From an uncultured Candidatus Saccharibacteria bacterium (GTDB lineage Bacteria; Patescibacteriota; Minisyncoccia; Phycocordibacterales; UBA1550), in NCBI GenBank assembly GCA_964642305.1, contig CAZXOE010000002.1:50300-114299 (forward strand): 64,000 nucleotides of DNA. Reading direction: 5' to 3'. The translations under genes and the position numbers were made by a program. The notes under the pieces were generated by a model. The model saw only the letters and a list, made by a program, of their open reading frames with translations. It was not told the origin of the DNA and ran no database searches. Shown piece after piece: positions 62,760-64,000 of the stretch. How positions within the stretch are numbered: position 1 is the stretch's first letter; each line of letters opens with the position of its first letter.

Positions 62760-63452
62760 ATGCCTATTATTTCAGATTGGGGAGTACAGTTGAGTAGCGC
62801 GTTTACTGGCATCGGTATAGAGGTGTTACAGTTTCTTCCAAAGCTTCTCCTCGCAATCATTATCTTTATTGCAGGATGGGTTGTTGGTTCAGTTTTATCT
62901 GACGTTGTTTCAAAAATTATTAAGGCAATCAAGGTTGATTCAGTCCTTGAGAGCGCGGGAGCTCGCGGTCTTCTAGACAAAGCAGGTTTTAATTTGAACA
63001 CTGGCGCATTCCTAGGAGGATTGGTTAAGTGGTTCATCATCATCGTCTTCCTTGTTACAGCACTTGATATTTTGAAGCTTCAGGCTGTTAACGCATTTTT
63101 GACGAATGTTGTCCTCGGTTACATTCCACAGGTTATTGTTGCAACCTTGATTTTGGTTGTTGCGGCAGTTCTCGCTGATCTCGCTCAGAAAGTTTTGGCA
63201 GGTGGCGCTCGCGCTCTTGATTCAAAGCATGCAGGGATGGTTGGTGGTGTAGCTCGTTGGGCAATCTGGATTGTTGCAATTCTTGCGGCATTGAACCAGC
63301 TCGGAATTGCTGGTGGAATGATGCAGACACTCTTCACAGGACTTGTAGCAATGCTTGCTATCGCAGGTGGTCTTGCATTTGGTCTTGGTGGCAAAGAAGC
63401 AGCAGCAAATTACATCGAGAAGCTCCGTGGAGATATCTCGAATCGTCGCTAG
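62760..63452 (+). CDS. membrane protein with duplicated 'conserved TM helix' repeats (MscS-associated type)
   Basis: Two ~100-aa internal repeats (..LAIIIFIAGWVVGSVLSDVVSKIIKAIKVD.. / ..LILVVAAVLADLAQKVLAGGARAL..). Confidence 0.45.
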   Translation: MPIISDWGVQLSSAFTGIGIEVLQFLPKLLLAIIIFIAGWVVGSVLSDVVSKIIKAIKVDSVLESAGARGLLDKAGFNLNTGAFLGGLVKWFIIIVFLVTALDILKLQAVNAFLTNVVLGYIPQVIVATLILVVAAVLADLAQKVLAGGARALDSKHAGMVGGVARWAIWIVAILAALNQLGIAGGMMQTLFTGLVAMLAIAGGLAFGLGGKEAAANYIEKLRGDISNRR

Positions 63453-63502
63453 TTAGTAGGTAGAATTAGGATAGAATATCGAATATGGAATAGAATTTCA
63501 GG

Positions 63503-63530
63503 AAAAACCCGCCTTTTAGGCGGGTTTTTC
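63503..63530. terminator. intrinsic terminator flanked by GAAT/ATTC repeat blocks
   Basis: AAAAA-cccgcc-tttta-ggcggg-TTTTT. Confidence 0.6.
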
Positions 63531-63591
63531 TGTGGATTTACCCCATTATTCAACATTCGAATTTCAATATTCAATATTCTACCAAAAGTCC

Positions 63592-63619
63592 TTGACATAG
63601 CTTTTCTTTTGTATATAAT
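63592..63619 (+). promoter_or_regulatory. consensus sigma70-type promoter (TTGACA-16-TATAAT)
   Basis: ttgaca at 63592-63597 and tataat at 63614-63619. Confidence 0.55.
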
Positions 63620-63625
63620 GGCTGG

Positions 63626-63724
63626 ATTGTTGCATATGAGTATCGGAACCAAATATACCCCCGGCGGGACTAGATAGGAACCATTACGGCTTCTATTTTA
63701 CCCGCGTTATCGCGGGTTTTTTTA
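63626..63724 (+). ncRNA. candidate small RNA / leader (promoter-to-terminator unit ~100 nt)
   Basis: Begins ~7 nt after the -10 box and ends at acccgcg-ttat-cgcgggt+TTTTTTT. Contains only a 12-codon ORF (MSIGTKYTPGGTR). Confidence 0.3.
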
Positions 63725-64000
63725 TTCCGATGAGAACGCTCATCGATTGTTGATTGTCAATAAGGGTTTCTCTTTAAAAATTTTCGTGATGAACCACGAC
63801 AGTTTTGAGCGAGGCGAAGTGAAAATTTTGAGGCATATAAACATATGTCGAAAGATTTTCGCAAAGCCACAGCCAAAACTGTCGCGGTGAAATAGAAACA
63901 TTTTTAGAGAGGAGCCCATCATTCTGTCACACGCACCGTTAAGGAGGTCTTTGAGTGCGTGTAGACAGGCAGGTAAAAATAAAGTCCCTGTTTTAAGCAA

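Noticed and set aside
63740-64000. Minus-strand 86-aa ORF at the window edge
   Set aside because: Cys/Phe-rich improbable composition and no start context. The region looks non-coding on both strands.

Overview
This 64-kb window comes from a moderately AT-rich bacterial genome; the GC content was judged by eye and not computed. The gene content and architecture look like an uncultivated Patescibacteria/CPR (Parcubacteria-like) organism, which is an inference.

Evidence for the lineage call:
- aminoacyl-tRNA synthetases (argS, ileS, glyQS, metG), recA, ftsK, efp, ssb and a thymidylate cluster (dCMP-deaminase-like, thyA, dut, folA, glyA, tmk)
- ribosomal genes split across the window: secE-nusG-rplK without rplA, rpsF-ssb-rpsR, and rplJ-rplL
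- a VKOR/DsbA pair
- several very large secreted or cell-surface proteins, with peptidoglycan-binding, TSP1, PKD, lamin-tail, beta-helix, BNR-like and FN3-like domains
- many apparently leaderless promoters, with a TATAAT box 5-12 nt before the ATG and no Shine-Dalgarno

The main result is an unusually dense layer of small repeats and mobile elements in the intergenic space:
1. A family of terminal-inverted-repeat mini-elements (ends CCCGTTAGAG...CTCTAAYGGG) sits immediately 5' of the start codons of pgi, argS and metG. The argS copy carries a frameshifted GIY-YIG (YhbQ-like) nuclease ORF; the other two are ORF-less derivatives.
2. Two IS200-like/REP-associated tyrosine transposase (RAYT) genes, one flanked by identical 36-bp perfect palindromes and one by 20-bp inverted repeats.
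3. A dispersed ~35-bp hairpin-plus-tail repeat family with five copies.
4. Two copies of a ~105-bp element with 17-bp arms whose right arm abuts a TACAAT promoter box.
5. A recurrent promoter-upstream motif AGTTATCCACA (a DnaA-box-like 11-mer) with five copies, each ahead of a membrane or surface-protein gene.

Other notable observations:
- IleS carries a ~220-aa insertion encoding a complete histidine-phosphatase (PGAM-like, RHGE motif) domain.
- A near-identical 22-bp palindrome flanks thyA on both sides.
- An iteron-like AAGGACA array lies in the promoter of an HTH gene.
- A ~265-nt GC-rich structured region sits between two terminators after rplL.
- A promoter-to-terminator unit of ~100 nt is a candidate sRNA.

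I found no CRISPR array, no tRNA and no rRNA.
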